From a virus (taxonomy: Duplodnaviria > Caudoviricetes): a stretch of 42,333 nt of DNA. Made by a program: the position numbers and the translations under genes. Every line of letters starts with the position of its first letter. The first letter of the stretch is position 1. Location: the IMG/VR virus record IMGVR_UViG_3300025608_000806, positions 1 through 42,333 of that record; one strand, given 5' to 3'. The notes beneath the pieces are model-generated. The model had not been told where the DNA came from. It worked only from the letters and a program-made list of their open reading frames with translations, and did no database searches. Below, one piece after another: positions 7,635 to 17,162 of the stretch.

Positions 7635-9272
7635 TTAAATGCTGTTTAAGCCGTTAACCATTATCTTACCGAAGTATTCTGGTCTAACCATTTTCTTAGC
7701 ATATCTAGTAAGTAAACCTTTTCTAGGTACGAAAGTATCTGGATCGTAAACCATTGGAGTCATTATTAGAGGAATGTAAGGAGCAAATACAGCACCAGTC
7801 TCTAAGAATTGACTTCCTTTGAAGCCCATCAATATAGTGTTCTCATTCATGTATGGGTTCTTGTAAACAGTGTATCTGTTATTGATTTGACCCATTTTCT
7901 GTACACCGAATGCATAAGATGATTTAGTTACATCTCCGTCAGAAGAAGAAGCAAATCCTGGGATGCTTTCTAGTATAGTAGCTACTGTTGGAGAAACTAC
8001 TACGAAGTTAGCACCACCTCTTAATGTTCTTTGGTGTATCTTGTTAGATAGTTTCTGCATCTTAGTACCAAGAGTTTGGAACCATTGGCCTTGAGTGTTG
8101 TAGTATCCACCAGCGTCTGCGCCTTTCTCATCGAATGCTGATGCTCCAGCGTTGATGAAGTTGTTGTTTTTAGCAGACCAGTACTCAGTACCAGCAGCAG
8201 CGGAAGTAATCAACATATCAAGAATCTCAAGATCGATCTCTAATGAAATGTACTCAGACATTACAGCTGTTAATTCAGCTTCAGCGTCTAGTGAGTGATA
8301 TGCATTAAGATCTTGAGCGAATTCAGGAGTCCATTGTGCTTTTAACTTTTTAGTTTTAGCAATGATACCTTCTGATCTCATAGATACGTTAATTTGTGGT
8401 ATAACGATTTCTGTAGCAGATTCTGCGTTAGGTACTGCAGCAGCAGCTCCTGCTTCAAAATCACCTCTTGCGTCATCTGCAGTTTTCTTGTTGTAGTATA
8501 CTACGAATTCGTCTAAAGCATCAAGTTCAGCAGTTGAAGCGCTTACGTAAAATTCGATAGCAGTTCCGTTAACTTTAGTAAAGTCAGCAAGAACTTTTGC
8601 ATCTGTTACTGATCCTGAGTTGATTAAGAAACCTCTTACAGCTTCTTCGTCGAAACTTGGTAGGACATTTGCAACAGATGCGATGCTTAGCTTCTTGATC
8701 TCTCCAGCAGCTTGTGATGCAGAGAATGCACTGTTAAAGTTAACTTCTGCAAAAGAAGCAGTTGTAGCAGTAGCTGTTGCAGCGGAAGCTGAGAATTGGT
8801 TAGTAGAATAGGTAAATCTACCTGCTCCGTAAAGACCGCCTGTGTTAGTGTTACCGAAGTTAGCAGAAGCATCTCCGTAAGTTGAATCACCAGAGGTGAA
8901 TGGGTTTTTAGAAGTTCCGTATTGGAAGTCTAAGAAGAATACTAGTCCAGAAGGTAAGTTCATTGGTTGAACAGAAACAAATTCCTTTGCTGCTATTTGA
9001 CCAAATACTTTTCTTACCAATGGAAGAGCTACTCCAGCCCATTGCTCACCATTTCCAGGAGTAAAACTACCTTGAGTTCCAGTTTGTGACTGCTCAACTA
9101 CTAATTGCTTTGCTTGGTTCTCAAGAATCATAGACATGTTATTCTTGTCTATTTCGTTACTCATGCCTTCGAGAAGGCCTGTGTTTTCCCATTTTGATGC
9201 TAATCTAACTGCGTCAGATTGCAAATCGTGCCATGGGTTAGCACTTTCTAGTAAATTTTGTACTGTTGACAT
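7635..9272 (-). CDS. gp23: Major capsid protein (T4 gp23-like)
   Basis: 545 aa; VQPMNLPSGLVF, KLKAQWTPEFAQDLNAYHSLDAEAEL, EIDLEI, APYIPL, TRY motifs of the gp23 family. Confidence 0.95.
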   Translation of the reverse strand: MSTVQNLLESANPWHDLQSDAVRLASKWENTGLLEGMSNEIDKNNMSMILENQAKQLVVEQSQTGTQGSFTPGNGEQWAGVALPLVRKVFGQIAAKEFVSVQPMNLPSGLVFFLDFQYGTSKNPFTSGDSTYGDASANFGNTNTGGLYGAGRFTYSTNQFSASAATATATTASFAEVNFNSAFSASQAAGEIKKLSIASVANVLPSFDEEAVRGFLINSGSVTDAKVLADFTKVNGTAIEFYVSASTAELDALDEFVVYYNKKTADDARGDFEAGAAAAVPNAESATEIVIPQINVSMRSEGIIAKTKKLKAQWTPEFAQDLNAYHSLDAEAELTAVMSEYISLEIDLEILDMLITSAAAGTEYWSAKNNNFINAGASAFDEKGADAGGYYNTQGQWFQTLGTKMQKLSNKIHQRTLRGGANFVVVSPTVATILESIPGFASSSDGDVTKSSYAFGVQKMGQINNRYTVYKNPYMNENTILMGFKGSQFLETGAVFAPYIPLIMTPMVYDPDTFVPRKGLLTRYAKKMVRPEYFGKIMVNGLNSI

Positions 9273-9297
9273 TTAATTTAAGTTTGTTATTTTAATT

Positions 9298-10314
9298 TTA
9301 AAGTAAACCTGCAAGTTTTTTCATTCTTGTAATCATCGGATCCACTTCCATTACAGGTTTTTTAGTTGGGGAAGCTCCGGTGATAGTAGAGGAAGCAAAG
9401 TTCTTAGACTCTCTAACAAGCTTCTTGGCTGCTGCTTTCGCAGGAGTTTTACGAAGATTTTGTCTGAGGGTTTCAAATACTAATTTAGCTTCTTTTACTG
9501 TTTCTGCTTTATCAAAAGCAGTAATAACTTTTACTTTCTGAGATTCTCTAAGAGTTGTCTCTTTGAGTATCTTGTTTAAGTAGAGTAGTTTTGAGTTTAG
9601 AAGATTAACTTCATTTAACTCGCTGCGAAGAGTATTGATAGTCTCAAGCGCTGCAGTAAGCTGCGATGCTTGTTCCTTGTTGATTCGTCCTTCCTCGAGT
9701 TCGAGGCTAGAGATTTCATCTTCAATTTCAACTTCTTCTTCGTCTCCTATCTCAGCATCATCCTCTATCTCAACTTCTTCGTCTTCTTCAGACGGTTCGG
9801 TTAATTCAAGTTCTTCTGCTTCGATCATTTCATCGACTACCTCTTCAATAAATGCTCTTAAGTCTTCTTCCGTCATGTTGTCAAAGTCGATTTCTACGTC
9901 TGAATCGTCTTCCTTGTCTTCGTCAGCTTCTTCAGCTTCCTCTTCTTCGGTTTCTTCTTCTTCGTGAATTTCCTCTTCGTGTGTTTCCTCTTCCATAGTC
10001 TCTTCTGATTCAGTAACGGTTTCTTCTGTTACTTCTTCTTCGTGAACTTTTTCGTCTTCAACTTCGTCGAGTTCAGCTAGAAGTTCTTCAAGATTAAATT
10101 CCTCCTCTATTTCAGAGTTCTCCTTTTTCATCTCGTAGCCTTCTTCTTGCTTTTCGTCTTCTTCTTCCATTTCAGTTAATTTCTTTTCGAACATAGATTT
10201 TAATCGAGGTGTAATAACTTCTTCTAAAGCCGCCTTAGCGTTGGCTATAGAAACTTCTTTTACGGCTTTTGCATCTGCAATAGCTTCTTTAAATAAATCT
10301 CGGTTTTTTTCCAT
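9298..10314 (-). CDS. Prohead core / scaffold protein (gp22-like by position)
   Basis: 338 aa, very acidic and coiled-coil, between protease and capsid genes; many LxE sites; C-terminal RMKKLAGLL. Confidence 0.75.
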   Translation of the reverse strand: MEKNRDLFKEAIADAKAVKEVSIANAKAALEEVITPRLKSMFEKKLTEMEEEDEKQEEGYEMKKENSEIEEEFNLEELLAELDEVEDEKVHEEEVTEETVTESEETMEEETHEEEIHEEEETEEEEAEEADEDKEDDSDVEIDFDNMTEEDLRAFIEEVVDEMIEAEELELTEPSEEDEEVEIEDDAEIGDEEEVEIEDEISSLELEEGRINKEQASQLTAALETINTLRSELNEVNLLNSKLLYLNKILKETTLRESQKVKVITAFDKAETVKEAKLVFETLRQNLRKTPAKAAAKKLVRESKNFASSTITGASPTKKPVMEVDPMITRMKKLAGLL

Positions 10315-10337
10315 TTTCCTTTAATACTGTTTGGGAA

Positions 10338-10482
10338 TACACTTATTAGTGAAGTGCAATAAGGGTTTAAATTTGATTTTAGGTACTATATTAGAGGATA
10401 GTACATATATGTAAAGTACCTCTTAGGATACTTACTATTATATATAGTTGGGGTGATGGTAAAACTACCTATTAAGGCAACT
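10338..10482 (-). promoter_or_regulatory. Array of four hairpins with UAA(U/G)-containing loops upstream of scaffold-capsid genes
   Basis: Stem-loops at 10463-10482, 10411-10435, 10383-10404, 10338-10358. Confidence 0.6.
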
Positions 10483-11081
10483 TAAATTGGACAAGTTCCA
10501 AAATTACAGAGAATTTCTTGTATTATTCTGTTTGCTTGTGTGTAGTCTTTATCGCTTACTTCTACTCCTTCTCTTATTACATTCATATAAGACCCGGGAT
10601 TAGAAGGTGTTGATACGAAATCCCAGCACAATAGATCAAAATCGTCTTGAACTTCCATTACAGATCCTCCGGATTTTAAAGAGCCTGTACCTCTTGAAGA
10701 TACTCCAACTGTAATATTGGATTCGATTAATGCTTTTAATATATTGCCGGACGGAGTAGGCAGTATCTCTATCTTACCCATTATATGGTCTCCGTTCCAC
10801 CAGATATCTGTTATGTTATGAGATACGTTTTTTAGATTTATTACTGTAGTTTCTGGATGGTCTAATTCTCCAAGTGCTCTATTCTCTTTAACAGAGTCCA
10901 TATATTTACTTATCTCTCTCTCCCATAATGCTTTAGGGTAATACCTACCATTACCGTTCTTAACTTCGGCAGTAGCTAATATACCTTCTACTAAAGGAAG
11001 TCCTCTTTTGGAGACTTTTCCTTCTGAAATTAGTCCTACGGTGGGTTGAAATAAGTTGGTCTCTATTAATAGGTTACTCAT
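10482..11081 (-). CDS. gp21: Prohead core protease (T4 gp21-like); start reassigned to MSNLLIE at 11081
   Basis: KNGNGRYY, ALGELDHP, VSH, GVSSRGTGS, DFVSTPS motifs; start at 11081 removes a 98 nt overlap with the upstream gene. Confidence 0.93.
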   Translation of the reverse strand: MSNLLIETNLFQPTVGLISEGKVSKRGLPLVEGILATAEVKNGNGRYYPKALWEREISKYMDSVKENRALGELDHPETTVINLKNVSHNITDIWWNGDHIMGKIEILPTPSGNILKALIESNITVGVSSRGTGSLKSGGSVMEVQDDFDLLCWDFVSTPSNPGSYMNVIREGVEVSDKDYTQANRIIQEILCNFGTCPI

Positions 11082-11082
11082 C

Positions 11083-11904
11083 TTAAACTCTTGTAATAGT
11101 ATCGTAATGTATGTCTTGAACTTCTCCTCGATAATCTGCGTAGACATCAACTTCCCACTCTTGCCCGTTCTCGTCTTCACCTACCCAGTATTGATCTTGA
11201 CCTTCATTGCCATGATCGTCAATCATATCTCCATAGTCAAACTCTACTTTATGTACAGTTTCGCCGTCTTTGAACTCAACATAAGGCCATTTAGTTGTAA
11301 TAACTTTTACTTGGTTTTCGTTGATTGGTGCTTCTTTAATAGTACCTTCTGTTATATCGCCGTAACCGCTTGCTTTGTACTTACCTTTCGCTTCTTTTTG
11401 TTCTGCTTCAGTATAGCCTAAACCTTTAATACCGAATTGACCGTCTTTAACATAGTGAAGAGAATCTTTAGCAAGGTTCTTCGTAACGAGTTCTTTAACC
11501 TCCTCTACAGTTTTATCTGCATTTTTAGGATCTTTCATCTCTACATAGAATCCGTTAAGAAGCTCTGCTCCAATAACGTTATCCATATTCTTATCGTCCT
11601 TGTAATCGAAGTTTTTTTCTTCTAGATCTGTTACTTCTTTAGAAGTTTTCTTTTCTGTTGCTTTTGCTTCAGTAAGGTTTTCTTTAAAGATCTTAAACCA
11701 GTTAGGTTCTGTATTTTTAGAAGTTACATCGTTGCTTATGTTCTCAGTAATGATACCCCTCTCTTTTAGATTATTTACTGCCTGGTTAAAGGTTAATACG
11801 TTTGTTACGTGTTGAGGGAACTCTCTTTTTGCTTGTTTTAAGAACAATTCTTTATTTCCTTTTCCTTCTTTAATAAGGTTATAGTTGTTTTGTAAGCTTT
11901 TCAT
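11083..11904 (-). CDS. Putative prohead/internal head protein
   Basis: 273 aa in head cluster; many IKE/ITE/LTE/INE sites; NLAKDSLHY segment; TATTTATT 4 nt before ATG. Confidence 0.55.
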   Translation of the reverse strand: MKSLQNNYNLIKEGKGNKELFLKQAKREFPQHVTNVLTFNQAVNNLKERGIITENISNDVTSKNTEPNWFKIFKENLTEAKATEKKTSKEVTDLEEKNFDYKDDKNMDNVIGAELLNGFYVEMKDPKNADKTVEEVKELVTKNLAKDSLHYVKDGQFGIKGLGYTEAEQKEAKGKYKASGYGDITEGTIKEAPINENQVKVITTKWPYVEFKDGETVHKVEFDYGDMIDDHGNEGQDQYWVGEDENGQEWEVDVYADYRGEVQDIHYDTITRV

Positions 11905-11938
11905 TGTTAATAAATAGGTACGTTCTTGGTGTTTAGTT

Positions 11939-12163
11939 CTATTTCCAAAGGTCTTTATAATCTATTCCTTTGGCTTTTCTTCTTAGTTGTTGTTTATTTA
12001 CTAACTTATACCCCATGTCTAAGTAGTAATTACGAGCTGTTCCTTTTGCTCCTTTTTTAGGATTAAAGGCGTAGGGGGATGAATATGCTCCTGCTCCGGC
12101 GGAGGTGCTTAATTCTTTTAGGTGTCGTCTGAGCCACTCTCTCCGCTTCAGTTTCTTATCCAT
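11939..12163 (-). CDS. Small basic head-cluster protein
   Basis: 74 aa; LKE followed by STSAGAGAYSSPYAF; coupled to upstream stop (TAATG). Confidence 0.6.
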   Translation of the reverse strand: MDKKLKRREWLRRHLKELSTSAGAGAYSSPYAFNPKKGAKGTARNYYLDMGYKLVNKQQLRRKAKGIDYKDLWK

Positions 12164-12999
12164 TATAAATTGTCAAGTAGTTCGGAGTATTGAAGTAGGT
12201 TAACGATATCGTCGTTACTTACTTTCTTAGAATTCTCGATAGGTTTTATATATTTAAGAGTTTCTTGAAGTTTTATCTTAAGTACTTCGTCTTTAATCTC
12301 AGAGAGTCTACTTACTAATTCTTCTGCTATTTCTTCTGCTCTGGAGTTGTAGAAATCTCGAAGTTTCTTAGTGTTGTCTATTGAGGTTACTACTTCTTTT
12401 AGTATCTCTTTTTGTTTTGTTGAGAAGCTATCGTATTTTTCGTTAAACTTCTCTAACATAATTCGATGTGTTAGTATTTTAATATCTTTAGGATACTCTT
12501 TATACTCCTCCATTAAAGTATCTTTCTTACTTTGAACCGGGCTTTTTACTAGGTGTTCTAAGAGTGTTACTTTATTATTAATAGTATCTTCCGGAGTTAT
12601 TTCTTTACTGTCCTGATTCTCAATCAAGTTATTTAGTGCGGCATATATTTTATAATTCCCTACTTTTGCTTTAAAGAACTTTTCTACATTGTAAGATTTC
12701 TTTATTTCTTTAATAAGGTTATATCTTTGCTTTTTAATTTGAACTCTATCAAGTTTTTTAGAAGCTTCTAGGAGAGAGGAGATTACCATTTCGGATTTTA
12801 CCTCTGTTAGGTTTTTAAACTTACTCAGTTGCTCGTATATCTTATACTCTTTGCCGAGTTCTGTGTTTACGAAGTACTTTTTTAAAGTCTTTATAGCAGG
12901 TGAGTTGATATTATCCATTGTATCAGTAGTAATTTGCCTTACTAGTAATTCAAATAATAGTCCTGTATTTTTATACTTCGAATGTTTAACTATTGCCAT
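12163..12999 (-). CDS. Hypothetical helical protein directly downstream of portal
   Basis: 278 aa; KHSKYKNTGLLFELLVRQIT N-terminus; preceded by TATTTATA. Confidence 0.7.
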   Translation of the reverse strand: MAIVKHSKYKNTGLLFELLVRQITTDTMDNINSPAIKTLKKYFVNTELGKEYKIYEQLSKFKNLTEVKSEMVISSLLEASKKLDRVQIKKQRYNLIKEIKKSYNVEKFFKAKVGNYKIYAALNNLIENQDSKEITPEDTINNKVTLLEHLVKSPVQSKKDTLMEEYKEYPKDIKILTHRIMLEKFNEKYDSFSTKQKEILKEVVTSIDNTKKLRDFYNSRAEEIAEELVSRLSEIKDEVLKIKLQETLKYIKPIENSKKVSNDDIVNLLQYSELLDNL

Positions 13000-13029
13000 C
13001 TCTAATATATCTTTGTTATAAATAGTAGG

Positions 13030-14925
13030 TTATTTGTCTTCTCTTATTTGAGCCTCATCTAGGAGCCCGCCTTTCCTATTATTTTCTTCAAATAGGTTGA
13101 CTTTTTTATCGGTTAGACCTTCTAGAGTCTTATAATGTTTAGAGAATTCTCTCTTTGTTGATTCAAAGGCGAAAGGTTTTGTCTTGTCTCTACCGTATCC
13201 TTCTTGATCGTCGTTCTTCATTGCAGATTTCCCTAATCTATCCTTACCTAATGGATCTCCTTGAGTACCTATATGGCTTGCTTTCTCTTTCGGTCTACCT
13301 ATTTCTGGTTCATCTTCATTATATCCAGTCGGTACGTTTCCGGGACGTTCATAAACTCTTCCTTTCCCGTAAGCAGTTGCGATATCGTGAGGAGTTCCGA
13401 AGGATTTACCGGAAGTATTTGGGTCGTTTCCTTCGTTCTCTACCTGGCTTAGTCGGAAGTTTCTCTTAGCATCTTCTACCGTTAGATCTCTAATCTCTTC
13501 ATACTCTTCAACTGATAGGTGGAATATGTTCTCGTATATCCAGTCAGAGGAGAATAATTTTGAGTCTGTCATTGCTTGCATTAGTTCTACCTTCTCTTTT
13601 AACAATGCAACTCTTTCTTGATCATATATGATTGAAGGAGTTGTTAGCGATAATTCAAAGTTTACTAGTTGCTCTTGAGTATATCCTTGAGAGTATAGAT
13701 GTATAAAGGCAATTTTATAAAGTTCTGATACCATTATTCTCTGTATCTTCTCTACTGTTCTTGCGAATCTTATATCCTCTGCTGCTAATACTGCTTTGCC
13801 GCTTAAGTTTTCATCGTATCCTAAAAATGCTTTAGGTACTCTTAGGGCTGCAAATAACTTATCTCTTAGGTATTCTACATCGTTTATTCCGTCGTATTGA
13901 AGTCCTCCTAAAGTATCTATTTTAGTAGTGGTATCTCCGTTTCTCATCGGTATGTAGAAATCTTCCATTAGATTCTGCATATTATACTTAAGGTTATACT
14001 GTCCGGTTTTTGGATCTACGTAAGGAGTCTTTTTAATCTTACCAATTGCTTTTTGTATAAAATTCTCAACTTCAGCAGGCGCTATCCCTCCTACATTCAT
14101 ATAGAATATTCTCTTTTCGGGAGCTCTAACGATTCTATGTACGAGCATAGCATCTTCCATTAGAGTATACTGTTTAAATAATTTTCTTGCTGGTTCTAGA
14201 TAAGATCTCCCGTAAGGTAGATAATTAATATCTGATAAAAGTCTGAAGTGAGCCATTTCGTAGTTATCGAAATAGAGTGCATTCGGATCGTCAGTTCCGG
14301 GTGTTGGATAGTAGCCGCTTGTACCTCCGGTAAGTCCGTCAGGGTTATACTTAAACCTAGTAGACATTGGATGATCTTCATCGTAGCCGTCTTGTCTTTC
14401 TATACTAAATGCTGTAAATGGTATAGCGTTATAAACTCCGTACTTTTCAGAGATCTCTAATTTTAAGAAAAAGTCTCCATACTTACATGCATTCCTTATC
14501 CACCAGGATAAATTAAATTCTACATTTAAAACATCGTAAAAGAGGTTATAAAGTATTTTCTGTATATTCTCGTCTGCTGATTTAATATGGAGTACTTCCC
14601 CCATATCATTCTTGAGCGTTGATTCTTCAGAAAGTATATCTAGAGTAGATGCTATAATCGCATCTGTATCCATTACGTCGTATTCTGAGTACAGTTGTGG
14701 TCTTAGCTGTTGGTAGTTGTAGGTTGCTTGCTGTCCGTAAAGAGAGGTTGGGCTAGTTGAGTGTATACTGCTGTATCTACTTTGAAAGGAGTTATTTTCT
14801 AATTCCCCTGCTACTTGTATTTGATTTACATCTGCTACCTTAAGCTGATTACCTCCTACGTTTCTGATTATAACATCTGTAGAGAATAATCTCTGTAGTC
14901 TGCTAAGTATGCTCTTATCTGCCAT
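13030..14925 (-). CDS. gp20: Portal protein (T4 gp20-like)
   Basis: 631 aa; LMEDAMLVHRIVRAPEKRIFY, EDFYIP, IDTLGG, DVEYLRDKLFAALRVPK motifs. Confidence 0.95.
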   Translation of the reverse strand: MADKSILSRLQRLFSTDVIIRNVGGNQLKVADVNQIQVAGELENNSFQSRYSSIHSTSPTSLYGQQATYNYQQLRPQLYSEYDVMDTDAIIASTLDILSEESTLKNDMGEVLHIKSADENIQKILYNLFYDVLNVEFNLSWWIRNACKYGDFFLKLEISEKYGVYNAIPFTAFSIERQDGYDEDHPMSTRFKYNPDGLTGGTSGYYPTPGTDDPNALYFDNYEMAHFRLLSDINYLPYGRSYLEPARKLFKQYTLMEDAMLVHRIVRAPEKRIFYMNVGGIAPAEVENFIQKAIGKIKKTPYVDPKTGQYNLKYNMQNLMEDFYIPMRNGDTTTKIDTLGGLQYDGINDVEYLRDKLFAALRVPKAFLGYDENLSGKAVLAAEDIRFARTVEKIQRIMVSELYKIAFIHLYSQGYTQEQLVNFELSLTTPSIIYDQERVALLKEKVELMQAMTDSKLFSSDWIYENIFHLSVEEYEEIRDLTVEDAKRNFRLSQVENEGNDPNTSGKSFGTPHDIATAYGKGRVYERPGNVPTGYNEDEPEIGRPKEKASHIGTQGDPLGKDRLGKSAMKNDDQEGYGRDKTKPFAFESTKREFSKHYKTLEGLTDKKVNLFEENNRKGGLLDEAQIREDK

Positions 14926-14938
14926 GCTTTATGATTGT

Positions 14939-14967
14939 AATATAGGTATAAATATTGGGGAAAGCCA
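14939..14967 (-). promoter_or_regulatory. Bipartite promoter TGGCTT-N17-TATATT with TATTTATA nested in the spacer
   Basis: Intergenic between terminase and portal. Confidence 0.6.
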
Positions 14968-14973
14968 CTTCCC

Positions 14974-16548
14974 TTATTTGTAGATCCATGAAATATCCTC
15001 TTGACCGCCAATACCGTTGTCTATTTCGTTGGGATTATTTGTATTTTGAGGGATATAGAACATATCAGGGGCAGAGGTCTTAGTTACGTTATCCCAAACG
15101 CTTCTTGCTAATTCACTATTACCTTTTTGTATTCTAAATGCTGTTTCTCGTACATACATCGCTATAGCCCAGGCCATTACTAGGTCGTCATTGTAGCCTG
15201 TTTGAGCTTCTGCTCTATTATTTCTCCAGATAAATACTTTTAATTCATCTAATAATCTTTTAGAATGTATGGTAGCTGATTTATCGTTTATAGATTCCTG
15301 TAGTTTAGCTATTGCTAGGGGTCTAGTTTTACTTGTGTTTGAGAATCCCGGTACCATATTTGAGTTTAATCCATGAGGATCAAAGTAACTATCTGCTGTT
15401 ACATTACCGGACTTAGGTGAATGGTACAGGTTTGCATAGCCTCTCTCTTGTATAGTTTCGATAGTAGACCATCCTATATTAGCGTTTTCCACTACAAGTA
15501 GAGCATTATTATATTCAGTTGCTATTCCTACTAATAGGTGTGCAAATTCTTTAGGAGGGAGTTGGCCTTTATACTCTCCTGCTTGCTTACAGTTTTCAAT
15601 ATCTATAATATGAAAAGTAGAGAAATCTTTTCCATCTCCTCTTGCAACGTCGGCTACTATCATATAGTTTCTGGAGTAGTCTACGTGTTCCCATATCCAG
15701 AGGCTCTTATCCACTCCTCTCCTTTCTAAAGGATCTGCTCTAAAACTCTGTTCATAAAATTCTAGAAGCTCTCCGTATATTACTGTATCACCAGAAGTTG
15801 AGAAATCGCAATCACACTCTTGTGCTGCTAGTCTAGGGTCTCCTAGCTGTGCGTCTTGAGCATCTCTCCACTTTTGATCTCTTTCTGGGTGTACATACCA
15901 GGGGAGTTTAATCGGTAGGAAATCGTTTTCTCCAGTTTCTGCTGCTATCCATGTTTTATGAAACCAGTTACCGGTTCCGTAAGGAGTTGATAATACTATT
16001 GCTCCACCACCTGTCGCTAATGTTTGTTGAGCAGAAGCCCATGTCTCTGCAATGTTGTCTATAAAGGCAGCTTCATCTATTAATAGCAGAGATACAGCTT
16101 CAGATCGAGCAGCATCAGCATTAGAGGATTTTGCAGTTATTTTAGATCCGTTTGATAATCTAAGGCTTAGTTTATTCTTCTCTTGGTATCCTACTTTCAT
16201 CCATGATGGTAGATTTTCATACATAAACTGTACTTTAGATACTAAGTTTCTTGCTGTTGCTTGAGTTGTTGCTAAGGTTAATACGTTCTTATCTTTATGA
16301 AATAACATCAACCATAGTGAATACCCTGCTGCAAGGGTTGATATTCCTAACTGTCTAGATTTTAATATTATAGAGTAATCGTTCTCTTGAAAGTGTTTTA
16401 GGGATGTTTCTTGAAAAGGATATAGGTGAAATAATATTCTACCTCTTTGAGGGTGTTGTATATAGCAGTACTTCTTCATAAAATGTACTGGGTCTTTTAC
16501 ACATTTTACATATTCCTGTCTTATAATCTGTTTTAATTCTGTACTCAT
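14974..16548 (-). CDS. gp17: Terminase large subunit (T4 gp17-like)
   Basis: LYPFQ, KSRQLGIST (Walker A variant), LLLIDEAAF (Walker B), STPYG, nuclease DVARG.G.D and NDDLVMA. Confidence 0.95.
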   Translation of the reverse strand: MSTELKQIIRQEYVKCVKDPVHFMKKYCYIQHPQRGRILFHLYPFQETSLKHFQENDYSIILKSRQLGISTLAAGYSLWLMLFHKDKNVLTLATTQATARNLVSKVQFMYENLPSWMKVGYQEKNKLSLRLSNGSKITAKSSNADAARSEAVSLLLIDEAAFIDNIAETWASAQQTLATGGGAIVLSTPYGTGNWFHKTWIAAETGENDFLPIKLPWYVHPERDQKWRDAQDAQLGDPRLAAQECDCDFSTSGDTVIYGELLEFYEQSFRADPLERRGVDKSLWIWEHVDYSRNYMIVADVARGDGKDFSTFHIIDIENCKQAGEYKGQLPPKEFAHLLVGIATEYNNALLVVENANIGWSTIETIQERGYANLYHSPKSGNVTADSYFDPHGLNSNMVPGFSNTSKTRPLAIAKLQESINDKSATIHSKRLLDELKVFIWRNNRAEAQTGYNDDLVMAWAIAMYVRETAFRIQKGNSELARSVWDNVTKTSAPDMFYIPQNTNNPNEIDNGIGGQEDISWIYK

Positions 16549-17162
16549 TAAAATAACTTTAGATTTATTTTTGGCTTTTTTAATTTTACCTCCCAGTATA
16601 AGCTTCCACTTATTACAGGTTGTAGGTCTCTATTAAAGCCTATACCTACTCCATACATTTTTGATTTTTTAGTCTTTAACATTAGATTAACTCCTGCTTG
16701 ATTTAGTGATTGTTTATTAGCAGACATATTAATTCCTGTATAGAATCTAGTTTTATTAATAGTTGTATTTGAATATATTGTAGTTGTTGGTATTAGAACA
16801 TTAGGTTTAATTCCTCTTGATACGATTGTATTTTTACTTACAGTGTCATTTATAACAATATTACCTAATGTATCTAAGTCTAATGTATCTGTATAGAAGT
16901 ATTTTGCGTAATAGTCTTTTAGGATACTTAAGGTATCTATATCGCTAGGAATTGTATCGTAGATAGTTTCTGTTCTGGTTTTCCACTTAGGAACGTATTC
17001 TGTTTTGACTATTGATACGGTATCCCATTTAGTCTCAACTTTAGTAATAACTGTAGGATTTACCGGGGAGGGAGGGGATTGACATTGTCTTTGTAGGATC
17101 AGGAGAGCTATCAACGCTAGTATGAGAAGAGTACTAAGGTTTATTTTAAAAGTACCTATCAT
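16548..17162 (-). CDS. Membrane-anchored protein, possibly spanin-like
   Basis: N-terminal hydrophobic helix then QRQC; DT-rich middle; C-terminal amphipathic beta-strands. Confidence 0.45.
   Translation of the reverse strand: MIGTFKINLSTLLILALIALLILQRQCQSPPSPVNPTVITKVETKWDTVSIVKTEYVPKWKTRTETIYDTIPSDIDTLSILKDYYAKYFYTDTLDLDTLGNIVINDTVSKNTIVSRGIKPNVLIPTTTIYSNTTINKTRFYTGINMSANKQSLNQAGVNLMLKTKKSKMYGVGIGFNRDLQPVISGSLYWEVKLKKPKINLKLF

Noticed and set aside
11082-11180. N-terminal extension of the protease ORF
   Set aside because: Overlaps the upstream gene; Met at 11081 directly follows its stop and gives a typical protease length
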